From NCBI GenBank assembly GCA_026395685.1, contig JAPLYG010000013.1, forward strand, positions 387-64,386: a DNA stretch of 64,000 bases, written 5' to 3'. The DNA is from Candidatus Parcubacteria bacterium (GTDB taxonomy: Bacteria > Patescibacteriota > Patescibacteriia > CAIXNZ01). The notes under the pieces are model-generated. The model searched no databases. It was not told where the DNA came from and saw only the letters and a program-made list of their open reading frames with translations. Made by a program: the position numbers and the translations under genes. Below, piece after piece: positions 20,820-32,226 of this stretch; position 1 is the first letter of the stretch, and each line of letters opens with the position of its first letter.

Positions 20820-21683
20820 TTATTTCAATAATAATAAACCGATCCCAATCAATATCTGCGCAATCCCCATGGACAACTTCATCCATTTATTAAACCTCTC
20901 CTGCGCATCTTTAGCTTCAAAAATGTGATGGGTTTTAACCAAAATGGCAAAAACAATAAATAGCGGGGTAACAAACATCAAATTATAAACTAAAAGGAAT
21001 AATATTGTTTTAAAATAATGAAAAGTCTGAGTCATGATGGCAATCGAACCGATATACAAAGGCAAAGAGCAAGGCAATTCAAAAAGTGTGACAACAACGC
21101 CTAAAAGAATAGTCGCATGCCAGTCTACTTTTTTAATTAATTTTAAAAGAAAGGGAACCTCGCCCTTAGAAACTCCCAGGGAAAACCATTTGCCGTAGGC
21201 GAAAAAATCTTTAATATTTATCAGAGCTGCGACCCAGATTAAAGCAATAATTACATATTTTATAATATGGCTAACTTCCTGATACCAGGTTTGCGCCAAA
21301 AGTTGATAAATAAACTGCGAAAAAATAATACCTACTAAAAAATAAGTTGCAAAAACAGAAGCAATATATAGCAAACCCATTCTGGTCATGCGATGCGGAT
21401 CATGGGCAAAAACAAGCAGATAGCCCAAAAGCAAAATCAGCATGCCGATAGCGCAGGGATTAACGCCGTCTAAAAGACCGGCCACAACTACTAAAGCAAA
21501 GCTTAAACCCTGATTTTCCAGCATAGTCGCCAGTTGCAAGCCCTGCTCGCTACAGCCATTATTGCCAACAATGCAAACCTCGCTGTTTGGCTGTTGCGCC
21601 AAAACATGACCGATTCCCAAAAACAAGACGGGCATCATAAACAATAACAGCAGCACTAAAATGAATTTATAATAATTTTTCAT
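20820..21683 (-). CDS. CcdA/DsbD-family thiol-disulfide transmembrane protein
   Basis: Two membrane-embedded Cys motifs (VNPCAIGML and ELPCSLPLY) in a polytopic membrane protein. Confidence 0.5.
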   Translation of the reverse strand: MKNYYKFILVLLLLFMMPVLFLGIGHVLAQQPNSEVCIVGNNGCSEQGLQLATMLENQGLSFALVVVAGLLDGVNPCAIGMLILLLGYLLVFAHDPHRMTRMGLLYIASVFATYFLVGIIFSQFIYQLLAQTWYQEVSHIIKYVIIALIWVAALINIKDFFAYGKWFSLGVSKGEVPFLLKLIKKVDWHATILLGVVVTLFELPCSLPLYIGSIAIMTQTFHYFKTILFLLVYNLMFVTPLFIVFAILVKTHHIFEAKDAQERFNKWMKLSMGIAQILIGIGLLLLK

Positions 21684-21712
21684 ATTGCTACTTAATTCTT
21701 ATATTCACAAAA

Positions 21713-22843
21713 TTAGTGTGAAACTTTTTTTGCCATTGCGGCGATTAATTTTTCTTCATTTGTTGGCACGACTACAACTTTGAATTTTGGCAAATCTTTT
21801 AAAATCAGACTGCGCACAATTTCACTTCTTTCTCCTATACCGGCGGTAAAAGCAAGGGCATCAACCTTTCCTAAAATCACGCTGTAAGCTCCGATATACT
21901 TTTTAATATTATAGATAAAAATGTCTAAAGTCAACCTGGCAATTTCTTTCTCTTTTTTACTGACTTTTTTTGCTATTTTAAAATCTTTAACCGCGTAACC
22001 GGCTTTAACCAGAATTTCCCGCATATCCAGACTGCCGGACAAGCCAAACAAGCCGGAACGCTTATTTAACAAGTCATTGACTTCATCTTCAGACATTTTT
22101 AAGCGACGCATTAAATATAAAGGAATTGCAGGATCAATACTGCCGCAGCGGGTGGACATAACTAAACCTTCCAACGGCGTAAAACCCATGGAAGTATCAA
22201 TGGCCTTGCCATTTTTAATCGCCGTAATACTACAACCCGAACCTAAATGGCAGGTTATCAAATTCAACTTACTCAACGGCTTTTTTAATTTCAAAGCTGT
22301 CTGTTCAGCCACATACTGATGCGAAATCCCATGAAAGCCATAGCGGCGAATTTTATAACGCTGATAATAGCTTAAAGGAATAGCGTAAATATATGCATGC
22401 TTAGGCAAAGTCTGATAAAAAGCAGTATCAAAAACCGCGACATCAGCAGCCCGCGCTAGATATTTTTGGCTGGCTTTAATACAGCTAATTCCGACCGGAT
22501 TATGAAGCGGCGCCAGTTTATTATTAGCTTCCAGCTTAGTTAAAAGCTTTTGGGAAATTAAAGCAGGTTTGGTAAATTCCTCACCGCCGTGAACCACACG
22601 ATGTCCTACCAAAACAATTTTTGGCTTCAAATCTTCAATTTTGGAAACCATCAGCCGAAAAGCCTGTTCATGAGTTTCTACCTCATTTATATCCTTCTTA
22701 TCTCCAATTTTAATAAACGAATTCATCAGGCCAATGCGCTCCACAATCCCCTCCCTGACCAATTTTAAATCAGAAAAGTTAAAAATCTTAAACTTCAAAG
22801 TCGCGCTGCCGGCGTTGATGACTAGAATGTATTGTTGATTCAT
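21713..22843 (-). CDS. ackA: Acetate/propionate/butyrate kinase family protein
   Basis: ILVINAGSATLKFKIF N-terminal phosphate-binding motif and HLGSGCSITAI. 376 aa. Confidence 0.7.
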   Translation of the reverse strand: MNQQYILVINAGSATLKFKIFNFSDLKLVREGIVERIGLMNSFIKIGDKKDINEVETHEQAFRLMVSKIEDLKPKIVLVGHRVVHGGEEFTKPALISQKLLTKLEANNKLAPLHNPVGISCIKASQKYLARAADVAVFDTAFYQTLPKHAYIYAIPLSYYQRYKIRRYGFHGISHQYVAEQTALKLKKPLSKLNLITCHLGSGCSITAIKNGKAIDTSMGFTPLEGLVMSTRCGSIDPAIPLYLMRRLKMSEDEVNDLLNKRSGLFGLSGSLDMREILVKAGYAVKDFKIAKKVSKKEKEIARLTLDIFIYNIKKYIGAYSVILGKVDALAFTAGIGERSEIVRSLILKDLPKFKVVVVPTNEEKLIAAMAKKVSH

Positions 22844-22963
22844 AATTTTACTATTAGTGTTATGTGGACAGGTAAAGATGCTGGCAAGTGCTTAGTGCTA
22901 TATTTTATAATTACCTAACCCACTCCGATTCACATACTAGTTTCCTAACCTTTACACCCAACA

Positions 22964-23557
22964 CTATTTAACAACCTTAAACATCCCCCCATGCCCCGGT
23001 ATAATATAATCCGCTAACTTCACCACCTTCTCCTGACTTTTAATCAATTCCTTTTTGTCCTTAACAACAATATTTTTCTCTTTTTGTTTAGAAACAAATA
23101 AGTCGCCGGCAATAGCAATAATCCCCTTCTCTGTTTTGGCAATTACCGTACATTCGTCCATTTCATGTCCCGGCGTGCTGATAATATAGACATTCGGGGT
23201 AATGATATTCTTCCCCTTATACAATAAATCCAAATCAACTTTAAACAGGTCGCCTTTATAGCTGGTCAAAACATCGGTAATAATCGCCTTTTTAAATAAA
23301 TGATTATTAGCCACATGATCGGGATGATGGTGGGTCACAATGACATAATGAATATCACTTGGTTTTAAGCCTTGTTTTTTCAAAGCTGCAAGCAATTCTT
23401 TCTCAACTTCATGATTGCCCGTATCAACAATAATGTTAACTTTATTATCCCGGATTAAAGTAACAGTTGAGCTGGCTTTGAATTTATTGCGTTCCTCATT
23501 TAACCAGATAAAATATCCTGACAGAAGAACTTTTATATTAGCGAATTGTTGTTTCAT
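22964..23557 (-). CDS. MBL-fold metallo-hydrolase
   Basis: HHHPDHVANN (HxHxDH) motif. Confidence 0.7.
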   Translation of the reverse strand: MKQQFANIKVLLSGYFIWLNEERNKFKASSTVTLIRDNKVNIIVDTGNHEVEKELLAALKKQGLKPSDIHYVIVTHHHPDHVANNHLFKKAIITDVLTSYKGDLFKVDLDLLYKGKNIITPNVYIISTPGHEMDECTVIAKTEKGIIAIAGDLFVSKQKEKNIVVKDKKELIKSQEKVVKLADYIIPGHGGMFKVVK

Positions 23558-23673
23558 ATTTTATAATCATCAATAATCAAACATCAATATTCAAACAATA
23601 CCAAATAAACAAATCCAAAACTCTAAACTTTAGGAGATTGGAATTTTGAATTTAGAATTTGCTTGATGATTGA

Positions 23674-24249
23674 TTATTGGTCATTGATTATTAATTCAGC
23701 CGTCATCCCCGGCTTCCACCCGCAGGCATTGCCTTCATCAGTATCAAGCTGAAATGATTTTTTAAAGTTTTTTTCCAGACGCACAGCCACTTTGTTAAAA
23801 ACTAATCCCCGCGGTCCGGTTATTTTCATGCTGACAAACTGGCCATTTTTTACTTTTAAAACCTTGGCTTCAGCAGAAGAAACATGCAGATGCCTCTGCG
23901 CCACAATCAAGCCCTGTTTCAACGTTACTTTGCCCTTAGGACCGATTAAAACAGCACCTGGTGTACCCTTAATATTGCCGGATACTTTAAGCACCGGCTT
24001 TACTCCCAGACGATAGCAATCCGTAACCGCTAATTCCACTTGGGAATCTTTGCGCAAAGGTCCGACAATACGGACTTTAAATTCGCCTTTTGGCCCTTTC
24101 ATGGCCACCTCTTCCGCAGCAGCATACTGGCCCGGCTGGGAGATCATTTTCAGGACCTTAAATTTATGATTTTTACCAAATAAAATATCAGCGTCTTTTT
24201 GATTCAAATGGCAATGGCGAGCCGATACTTCAACTCGTATTTTAGGCAT
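23674..24249 (-). CDS. pduL: Phosphate propanoyltransferase PduL-type phosphotransacylase
   Basis: Duplicated PduL-like halves (RHCHLN ... RHLHVS His motifs). 191 aa. Confidence 0.65.
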   Translation of the reverse strand: MPKIRVEVSARHCHLNQKDADILFGKNHKFKVLKMISQPGQYAAAEEVAMKGPKGEFKVRIVGPLRKDSQVELAVTDCYRLGVKPVLKVSGNIKGTPGAVLIGPKGKVTLKQGLIVAQRHLHVSSAEAKVLKVKNGQFVSMKITGPRGLVFNKVAVRLEKNFKKSFQLDTDEGNACGWKPGMTAELIINDQ

Positions 24250-24282
24250 AATTAGAAATTACTTCTAATATTAAATTTAAAA

Positions 24283-24543
24283 CTATTTTCCTGTACGGCA
24301 ATAATACATGCGGTTTAAATCATTCTCGGCATAAACCGGACAAGTGGGGCAAACACATCCGTCAGACTTTACCTCGCAAGATGTTTTCTCCTTAGCGCAA
24401 TAAAGTAACTCTGTCTTTTGGCTCATACATTCATTGTATGAGGGACAGTTGGGGCAGGTGCATTTGACACTATTTTCTTTGTTGTCTAAAACCATAATTT
24501 TATCAAATAATTCGTTAACTTTATGTTTACAATTATACCACAA
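24283..24543 (-). CDS. Small Cys-rich protein (repeated C-x-C-P-x-C-P)
   Basis: CTCPNCPSYNEC ... CVCPTCPVY. Confidence 0.35.
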   Translation of the reverse strand: MWYNCKHKVNELFDKIMVLDNKENSVKCTCPNCPSYNECMSQKTELLYCAKEKTSCEVKSDGCVCPTCPVYAENDLNRMYYCRTGK

Positions 24544-24703
24544 AAGCCGGGTAAGAAAAAGTTTTTAAAGATAAATCATTATCTTGACAAACCCTGATTA
24601 AGTTGATACTTTTAAAAGTCAGATGGGGCTGAGATACCATAGCCGCATAATTGTTCATTTTACACAACCTAAACCTTGGTTAAACAAAAACGGAGGCCTG
24701 CTC

Positions 24704-25138
24704 ATGGACGCGAAAAAGATGGAAGAATTATTGCATCAATATCCCTTTCTTTGGGGAGTATCAAATCATTGGGATCCGGAAAGTACTGAAATCTTAGTCA
24801 CGACAATTGATGAAGAATTTCTTAAACTTCAGTGCTACGACATCCGTAATCATGTGTTTTTTAAAACTTTGAATCCTCACTGGCTACTTGGAGTTGATCT
24901 GGCAAGGTATGAGCGTGCAACTCTGGCTACCGGCATAAAAGGCACTTTAAAATGGTTCAAAGAAAAAGTGAAGTTAATGCACTTTGATTGTATTATTCTA
25001 CAAACTACCGGCAGAATCTTCAAATATACTATTTTTCTTCCTGACAAGGAAAAAACATTAGCCCAGATGATTGAAGATTCATTAGATATGTCATTTATGG
25101 CATCGCATGATGACCAAGATTCGCCAGAAAATACTTAA
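24704..25138 (+). CDS. Hypothetical protein (plus-strand cassette gene with GGAGG Shine-Dalgarno)
   Basis: Start refined to MDAKKMEELL, preceded by cggaggcctgctc. Own promoter candidate at 24584-24616 and terminator at 25151-25180. Confidence 0.45.
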   Translation: MDAKKMEELLHQYPFLWGVSNHWDPESTEILVTTIDEEFLKLQCYDIRNHVFFKTLNPHWLLGVDLARYERATLATGIKGTLKWFKEKVKLMHFDCIILQTTGRIFKYTIFLPDKEKTLAQMIEDSLDMSFMASHDDQDSPENT

Positions 25139-25150
25139 AAAAACGCAAAC

Positions 25151-25180
25151 AAAAGACCACCGCAACTGCGGTGGTCTTTT
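25151..25180 (+). terminator. Intrinsic terminator AAAGACCACCGC-aact-GCGGTGGTCTTTTT
   Basis: Perfect 12-bp stem followed by a T-run. Confidence 0.7.
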
Positions 25181-25205
25181 TCTATCTAATCAATTTTCTA
25201 ATAAT

Positions 25206-28205
25206 TTATCTTTGCACGCCAGAATAAGCAATCGTTCTAAGAATATCCCAGTTCACTGCAGTTTTAGGATAATAACCAAAGATTCCCTTGAAAATTTTAA
25301 TAGCTGCTGATTCTGAAGCCACGTTCCTGGGTTGCGGTCTCATGCCATAAGCCATAATCATAATCGCTGCTGATTCTTTAGCATTATTTAAATCTGCTGT
25401 TCGCAAGTAAACTTTTTTGAAATTTGCCTGGGCTCTAGTTTCAGCAACGGTACTTGTTTGGTTTGGCCAGCGTCCATTAGCAATCTTGATTGCATCGCGC
25501 CATTGTTCTTCTGTTTTGGGCAAACTGCCAAAAGCTGTTTTATATGAGTTCAAAACGCCAGCTCTTTCCCCGGCTCCTAATTTTAGAGTTGTTTTAGTGC
25601 CATAAGCCAAGAAATTAGTAACTGCTCTGACGCTGGATTCATTACCAGCGCTAGCCAACTTTACTTCAGGCGCCAGTAAAGCCAAATATTTTGTATTCAT
25701 GCTTTGTTCCAAGGCTAGATTGCGAGTCATGTTCATATAACCTAAAAGCAGATCAAGATCACCCGGCCAGATATAATGAGCATCATCATAGATTTCAGCC
25801 AGCTGCAATTCGCGATCTTCTACATATTTTTCTCCCAAAACTTCGCCTTCTACTGTGCCTGGATTTTCTGTGATTGCTGTTTGGCCGACAGTAATAGAAT
25901 CAGAAACAACAGCAGTTGTATTACCATAACTGTCTTTGAATTTAGCATATACATTTTTCAAGCCTTCACCGGCAGTTAAGGTCCAGGACTTGGTTGTATT
26001 ATATGCTTCCCAAGTTAAGGCGCTGAAATCTTCGGTATTACTAATCATCATTTGCAGCGGAACATTATAATCTTCAGCAAATAATGATAAAGTAACTTCT
26101 GAAGTTTGGGTAGTAGCATCGCCATTATTAATTTTAACAGAAGCATTTACCGGAGCAGTAGTATCAGAAGATCCGCCGACGCCACTAATGACCGGGCTAT
26201 AGACACTTACAGTTCTTGTTACCTGTACTGCGGCATTAGCGCTCGAATCAGAAACATTATAGGTAACAGTATAATTGCCGACAGTGCCGGTATTTACGGC
26301 AACAGCATTAATTGAAATTTTTACAGTGATATCGCCGTCATAATTATCAGCAGCAGTAGCGCCTAATTCAATATAAGGAGTGCCTAATTTTATCAATTGA
26401 GGATTTGCGCCTGTTAAAGTAATCACGGGTTTAATTGTATCAACAACATTAACAGTACGGCTTAATTGCACAGCTGCATTGCCATTGGAATCAGTTACAT
26501 CATAAGTAACATTATAACTGCCCACAATTGCGGTATTAACTGCAGCTGAATTTATAGTAATAGGAGTGATAACACCGTCAAAATTGTCAGTCGCAGTCGC
26601 GCCTAATTCTGCATAAGCATCACCAACATTTATAATCTGAGGATTTACCCCAGTTAAAGTAATAACCGGTTTAGTGGTATCAACTACATTGACAGTGCGG
26701 ATTGCCTGCACCGCTGCATTGCCATTGGAATCGGTTACATCGTATGTAACAGTATAGGTGCCTAGAACACTGGTATTTATAGCAGCTACGCCGCCAATAA
26801 CAATTTTAGCGCTTAAATCACCGTCAACATTATCAATTGCTGTTGCGCCAAGCTCCGCATACGGAGATCCATATTCAATATTTTGAATAATAGTACCTAA
26901 TAAAGTAATAATCGGACTAGTTTTATCAACAACTTTAACAGTTCGAGTAACTTGGACTGCGACATTACCATTGGCATCAGTCACATTATAAGTAACAATA
27001 TAGTTGCCTACTGTGGTAATATCAACAGCAGAAGCATCAATTACTAAAGACCCTGAAATATCGCCGTAAAAATTATCAGAAGCAGTTGCGCCTAATTCCA
27101 CATAAGAAGTATTGATTAAAATCTCTTGAGGATCACTGCCTAATAAAGCAATTACCGGAAGAGTTTTATCCTCAACTTTAACAGTTCTGGTTACTTGTAC
27201 TGCTACATTGCCATTGCTATCTGTAGCATCATAAGTGACTGTATAACTGCCAACAGCACCGATATTTACAGCAGAAGCATCAATAACAGGAGAAATTGCC
27301 ACGTCATAATTATCAGTAACAGTTACTCCCAATTCAGAATAGGCATTGCCGATTTCAATAATTTGAGGGTCAGCGCCGTTTAAAGCAATAACGGGCTTTG
27401 TTGTATCAACCACATTTACCTGTCTCAAAGCTTCAATCGCCTCATTAGTATCAGAATCCGTAACATTGTAGCGAATATTGTAAGAGCTGACTACTGCCAT
27501 ATTTAAAGCAGATGAATCAGTTTTAATTGAACCTGTTAAATCACCGTCTTTGTTATCGGTTGCAGTTGCGCCTAAGTCAGTATAAACGCTATTAACTTCC
27601 AAAGTAATAATATTTGCGCCGGTTATGGTAATTACGGGCTTAATGTAATCTACAAATGCCGGGTAACCCTTACTAACAGAAGTGACCATGGAAATATCTC
27701 CAGGTCCAATATAACCGTCTCTGTCAGAATCACCACAGATATTTGCCGGTATTCTTCCAGTCGCCATCTCCACGAGTATTCCCACGTCTTGATAATCAGC
27801 CACCAAATCGCCGTTTACATCACCATATATTGTCTGGCACCTTGGCAAACGATAGGGATTATAAAAGCTATGCTCATAAAGATGGGCGCTGGGTACAGCT
27901 AATCCGTTTTTAACATAGTTGATCAATTGCTGTAGAGCAGCTATATCCCCAGGGCCGATAAACCCATCAGCCGAAATATCTGCGCAGGCATTAAATGGGG
28001 CGAGCCCTTTTGTCATTTGCGTCATAACAGCAATATCATTAGCATTAACAAAGGAGTCATGATTTAAATCACCCATAACGCCATTCGTGGCATCACAATC
28101 TGCAGATTCAGGGAAAACAGTAACAGCTCTGGTATCTACGGCATAAAAAGAAGTTGTGAATAAAACTAAGATAAAGATAAATAAAACAATTGTTTTATTT
28201 TTCAT
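25206..28205 (-). CDS. Secreted protein with N-terminal dockerin-like Ca-binding repeats, seven or eight tandem Ig-like domains of about 80 aa (DUF5011/HYR-like) and a C-terminal domain
   Basis: Signal peptide. [32 protein letters not shown] and [16 protein letters not shown] dockerin-type motifs. Repeats of PVI(A/T)L.GA.PQ.I..G..Y.ELGATA.DN.DG ... VTY.VTDS.GN.A. Confidence 0.7.
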   Translation of the reverse strand: MKNKTIVLFIFILVLFTTSFYAVDTRAVTVFPESADCDATNGVMGDLNHDSFVNANDIAVMTQMTKGLAPFNACADISADGFIGPGDIAALQQLINYVKNGLAVPSAHLYEHSFYNPYRLPRCQTIYGDVNGDLVADYQDVGILVEMATGRIPANICGDSDRDGYIGPGDISMVTSVSKGYPAFVDYIKPVITITGANIITLEVNSVYTDLGATATDNKDGDLTGSIKTDSSALNMAVVSSYNIRYNVTDSDTNEAIEALRQVNVVDTTKPVIALNGADPQIIEIGNAYSELGVTVTDNYDVAISPVIDASAVNIGAVGSYTVTYDATDSNGNVAVQVTRTVKVEDKTLPVIALLGSDPQEILINTSYVELGATASDNFYGDISGSLVIDASAVDITTVGNYIVTYNVTDANGNVAVQVTRTVKVVDKTSPIITLLGTIIQNIEYGSPYAELGATAIDNVDGDLSAKIVIGGVAAINTSVLGTYTVTYDVTDSNGNAAVQAIRTVNVVDTTKPVITLTGVNPQIINVGDAYAELGATATDNFDGVITPITINSAAVNTAIVGSYNVTYDVTDSNGNAAVQLSRTVNVVDTIKPVITLTGANPQLIKLGTPYIELGATAADNYDGDITVKISINAVAVNTGTVGNYTVTYNVSDSSANAAVQVTRTVSVYSPVISGVGGSSDTTAPVNASVKINNGDATTQTSEVTLSLFAEDYNVPLQMMISNTEDFSALTWEAYNTTKSWTLTAGEGLKNVYAKFKDSYGNTTAVVSDSITVGQTAITENPGTVEGEVLGEKYVEDRELQLAEIYDDAHYIWPGDLDLLLGYMNMTRNLALEQSMNTKYLALLAPEVKLASAGNESSVRAVTNFLAYGTKTTLKLGAGERAGVLNSYKTAFGSLPKTEEQWRDAIKIANGRWPNQTSTVAETRAQANFKKVYLRTADLNNAKESAAIMIMAYGMRPQPRNVASESAAIKIFKGIFGYYPKTAVNWDILRTIAYSGVQR
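26100..27650 (-). repeat. In-frame tandem coding repeats of about 240 bp encoding the Ig-like domains
   Basis: Visible periodicity of the GGCGCAACTGC.. / ..GTAACAGTATA.. blocks. Confidence 0.6.
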
Positions 28206-28315
28206 AAGCTAAATTTTTAATTAAATTTAAATTAATTTATTTAAAGACTTAATAGTTTAGATATAATCTTACACTTTTTTAGCAAATTTGTCAATAGCCG
28301 AGTTTTGGCTAATTT

Positions 28316-29524
28316 CTAGACAATTATTAGTAATACCAACATTACGATCAGTCCCAAGGCGGAAAAAATAAGGTGAGGATGCTGCTTTTTGATTTCAATA
28401 AAGACATTCAGCGCTAAAGAAATTACGGCAATCAGCAATAATATCATAAAATATATCTTACTGGCGCCGACTAATGATTTTACCCCCTGGGCATTGCTTT
28501 GGCTGATATATAAATACTGGCGGATTAAAGAAGGCCTGATCTGCTCAATATTTTTCCAATTAATATCAGCTGTGGAAACATTGCCGGCCTGATCATAGGC
28601 GCTTAAACTGGCCAGGACCACCGGATTAAAAAGATTTTCCTTTTCCGCAGCAGGAATAATCAGGCTACCACTCCATTTATTAACATCATTTTCAACCGGA
28701 TATAATTCAATAATATTATTCTTGTAATAAACCTCGGCCTTAACAGTATCAGCGCTTAAAAAGGCCATTACTTCAAGCACTTTATCCTTGCTGGCCACAG
28801 GCTGATGCACAAAGATTTTGGTCATTTCCAAATCAATATGAGGAGGCACATTATCAGCTTCTGTTTCAATAAATTTTTCTCCCTGGACAAGCGCAATACT
28901 TACAGCAGACCTTGTTTTTTCCGTTTTGCTGTTATTTATAGAAATATTCTGAACCTCTATTATTTTAGGCGCAGCTAAATATTGAGTAACCATTGTGGTA
29001 TCATGTCCTTTAAAGACACCGCTGACCATTGAAACGCCGATTTCTTTAAAATCTGAGTCGATTAAATTGGCATTATGAGTTTTACTCAAAGTCCAGGCCG
29101 TAAAAACTTCCTTAGCGCCGGAAAAGCCCATAGCTAAATTTTCACCGACTGCCGCATAAGAATAACCAACACCCCTGATCCAATTCAGAGCGTTTTTATT
29201 TTCCGGGCTAAGATGGGCAAAATACTGGTTAACCATCATATCCTGTGCCTTGTTATAAGCAGCCTGATTCAGCAAAGCATTTTCCTGAAGCATCGGGAGA
29301 TTTAATTTTTGACGCAGTTCATTGGTTAAAGCAATTATTTCCTTGCTTTCTGCAGTCATAACATCAGGAGTCAGCCAGGCTCTGGACGGTAAAACCAAAA
29401 GAGCCATTAAGACAAAAATCTTAATTATAACAGCAGCCGCACCGTGAAAAAACAACCTTTTGGGATGCAGAATTTTCGGCTGATAATCATTAGCCTCGTG
29501 AGGAATAAATAAGTCTTTTAACAT
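28316..29524 (-). CDS. CAP (SCP/PR-1/YkwD-like) domain protein with a C-terminal TM anchor
   Basis: Central region ...QYFAHLSPEN ... GENLAMGF ... FTAWTLSKTHNANL is typical of CAP domains. Confidence 0.6.
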   Translation of the reverse strand: MLKDLFIPHEANDYQPKILHPKRLFFHGAAAVIIKIFVLMALLVLPSRAWLTPDVMTAESKEIIALTNELRQKLNLPMLQENALLNQAAYNKAQDMMVNQYFAHLSPENKNALNWIRGVGYSYAAVGENLAMGFSGAKEVFTAWTLSKTHNANLIDSDFKEIGVSMVSGVFKGHDTTMVTQYLAAPKIIEVQNISINNSKTEKTRSAVSIALVQGEKFIETEADNVPPHIDLEMTKIFVHQPVASKDKVLEVMAFLSADTVKAEVYYKNNIIELYPVENDVNKWSGSLIIPAAEKENLFNPVVLASLSAYDQAGNVSTADINWKNIEQIRPSLIRQYLYISQSNAQGVKSLVGASKIYFMILLLIAVISLALNVFIEIKKQHPHLIFSALGLIVMLVLLIIV

Positions 29525-29586
29525 ATCAAGAAATTATAACACCAATTGACGTAAATGTCAATCTTGAAATAAAATTATTAAATAAT

Positions 29587-32205
29587 TTATTTGCTAAAAC
29601 TAGAGGTCCATTGAGGCTGACTGGGATAATTTCCAGTCTTTAACATTTCCTTCCACTTTTCATCGGTCAAACGCTCAGCCATAGGCATTTTGAATTCGTA
29701 ATAAGAGAAAACCGGTCCGGCGCCGAGCAAGATGCGGTTATCCGGCAGTTTATAGGCAACAATTAGAGTTTTAATCCAGCCGGTTGCCTCTTCCAGAACT
29801 TTTTCCGTATTGCCGTCAGTATGGACATCGACAACCAAAGTGGATTTCAGAATTTCAGGATCAACATCGCCTCCGGCCACAATGTCAATCAATCCTTTTG
29901 ATGTTTTGCCGAAACTTTCAATAAAGCTGTATTCATCATCAGTTAATTTTTCATTTGCCAGTTCTTTTTGAGAAAGTTCCAATAACTTGCTTAAAATGCC
30001 ATCAAAACGCTCCAAAGCAACAGTGATGCTCATTTTATCCAATTGCTCCTCAGGCACTAATTTTTCCATGCCTGTTTTGGTCAAACGGGTCAGATTCAAT
30101 AAACGGTTATAAAATTCAGGGTTGGGTTCAACATAGCCCACTGCCGGTAATTCCATAGCACCGCCCATTTCAGCTATTGTATAGCTTTGTTTCACATACA
30201 AAATCGTATCGTGGCGCAATTCAGTCCAGGAAGATAAAGCAGTGTTTAAATTTTTATCCTGCCAGGCAGGCTGCTGCATAAAGGTCTGATTGCCGGCTGT
30301 CGGCTTATCCAAAAGCGATTGCAGAACATAAAGCCAATTGTAATAAAGATTCTGGTACCAGGCATCATCGGGCAAAGCTTTTATTTCCTGACTTAATTTA
30401 TTAAATTTACTTTGATAATCTGAATAACTCGCATCGCCGTTTTCTTTCATTATTTCCAGTGCGCGCTCAGAACCAAAGATCGCCATAATATCCAAGCCAG
30501 TCGGAAAACCGCGGACTTCCCTGCCCTCATCACAGCCTTCAACATTAGTTTTTACCCAAGTAAAGGGGCGGCTATCCTGAGCATATTCATCATTCCAGGC
30601 AAAGGTAAACGGCTTTTTATCAGTAGGCAATTTTGTATCAGGACCTGTATACTTGCCGGTATAAGGCGAAACAATTTCCGAAAATAAATAAGAATCTACG
30701 GTAAAACGCTGCCCCATTAAACGAAAGCCTTTGGTACTTGCCAGTAATTCCTGAGCCTGTTTTTTCAAAGCCTGCAACTCCTGATCATCCAAAGGCGGAC
30801 AAGGCATTATCATTTTGCAGGCGCCTAAACCGCCGTAAATTTTCGGCCCATAAGTCATCTCATTCAGCGCTGTTTTAAATTCCTCATACTTTTCCAGCAA
30901 TTTAGCACTGGAAATTTCCTGGCCAAAAACTTTTTTCAAAGCTTGCCCATATTCATATGGCCCCAGATCATCGGCAAACCCGACCATATATGAAGTAATG
31001 GCATACATGCGCTGCCACTTATCCTGTATTTCCTGACTGGTTAAAAATTTCTTGGCAATTAAGCCTGCCTGCAAAGTCTGAAGCTTGGCATCTTCAACCG
31101 AGATGATTCCCTCAGTTGTGCATTTTGCTGTTTTCGGTGCTAAATTTGGCGAACCCTGAATTAAGGCTGTCATGCGGCCGTACCAAATCATAGCTTTAAA
31201 ATAATTCTTCAGTTTTTCAGTTTTGGTATAATGGCCGCGCGGTACATACTGGGAATAATCTTCTTTATAAACAAAAATCGGAGATTCTTTCCAGCCGGCA
31301 TGAGCTGTAATTAATTTAACTTCACTTGCCACCTGTTCTTTAACAAAATCAGGCACTGTAAATTCATATTTTTTTAAATCATCATTAGAAAAATATTTAT
31401 AACTGGCCTTGTCTCCGAATTGCTCTTTTACCCCTAAAAGCATCATGTTGCAATATTCCTCATCAGCCCCTTCATAGCAATATTCACTTCTCAAAGTATC
31501 ATCAGTAAAAACCTGATCAACTTTGGGCTTCAAAAGTTCCAGAGCCACTGCCAAATAAGCAACATTTTGCTTAGCTGCTTCTTTGATCTCGCCCTCTGAT
31601 CCGTTATAAATTTCCAGATTATCATTATATAAGTCTAGGCTCATCTGCCAGATATCATCATAGAATAAATCCCGTTCCAGTTTCATTAAAGTCGTATCAA
31701 AGAAAATATGGTAATAATGCAGCAAACTGTCCGTGGTCACAAAAAGCGGAATTTCTTTAGTTTTCAGCGTGCTGTAAAAATCAGCGAAATCATCAGCATT
31801 GCCTGTAATTTCTTTTGGGGTGTCAATTGCCACAAAGCCATTTTGCAGCAGAGTATTTTTCGCATTGCTGTCCAAGGAAATCTTTTTGGCAAAATTCACG
31901 GCATTATTAATGTCTTTTTCTGCCAATGGCAGCTTATATTGCGGGATTTGGGCATTTACCTCAATCCTCTCAGTTTTAATATCAGCGGGATCAATTAATC
32001 TTTTGGCTGCCACAGTGGCTACTATCGGAGCTGGCTTGTCCCAATCCTCATTAACTATGGGCTGGTTATTTTTATTTTCTAACACCTCAGGCGGATTGGT
32101 AACATAATTATAAACAAGATACCCTACTGCGGCTGCTAAAATTACCGCGCAAAAAATTAAAACAATTAATGTTGAATTAGAAACGCCTGCTGATTTTTTA
32201 AACAT
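29587..32205 (-). CDS. Large N-terminally anchored extracytoplasmic hypothetical protein (872 aa)
   Basis: One N-terminal TM helix. No motif I can name with confidence. Confidence 0.5.
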   Translation of the reverse strand: MFKKSAGVSNSTLIVLIFCAVILAAAVGYLVYNYVTNPPEVLENKNNQPIVNEDWDKPAPIVATVAAKRLIDPADIKTERIEVNAQIPQYKLPLAEKDINNAVNFAKKISLDSNAKNTLLQNGFVAIDTPKEITGNADDFADFYSTLKTKEIPLFVTTDSLLHYYHIFFDTTLMKLERDLFYDDIWQMSLDLYNDNLEIYNGSEGEIKEAAKQNVAYLAVALELLKPKVDQVFTDDTLRSEYCYEGADEEYCNMMLLGVKEQFGDKASYKYFSNDDLKKYEFTVPDFVKEQVASEVKLITAHAGWKESPIFVYKEDYSQYVPRGHYTKTEKLKNYFKAMIWYGRMTALIQGSPNLAPKTAKCTTEGIISVEDAKLQTLQAGLIAKKFLTSQEIQDKWQRMYAITSYMVGFADDLGPYEYGQALKKVFGQEISSAKLLEKYEEFKTALNEMTYGPKIYGGLGACKMIMPCPPLDDQELQALKKQAQELLASTKGFRLMGQRFTVDSYLFSEIVSPYTGKYTGPDTKLPTDKKPFTFAWNDEYAQDSRPFTWVKTNVEGCDEGREVRGFPTGLDIMAIFGSERALEIMKENGDASYSDYQSKFNKLSQEIKALPDDAWYQNLYYNWLYVLQSLLDKPTAGNQTFMQQPAWQDKNLNTALSSWTELRHDTILYVKQSYTIAEMGGAMELPAVGYVEPNPEFYNRLLNLTRLTKTGMEKLVPEEQLDKMSITVALERFDGILSKLLELSQKELANEKLTDDEYSFIESFGKTSKGLIDIVAGGDVDPEILKSTLVVDVHTDGNTEKVLEEATGWIKTLIVAYKLPDNRILLGAGPVFSYYEFKMPMAERLTDEKWKEMLKTGNYPSQPQWTSSFSK

Positions 32206-32226
32206 ACTTTTATTTATTGAATTAGT

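Noticed and set aside
26100-27650. Regularly spaced about 240-bp repeats that could superficially suggest a repeat array.
   Set aside because: They are in-frame coding repeats for Ig-like domains with diverged spacers and no CRISPR-like short direct repeats. No cas genes in the window.
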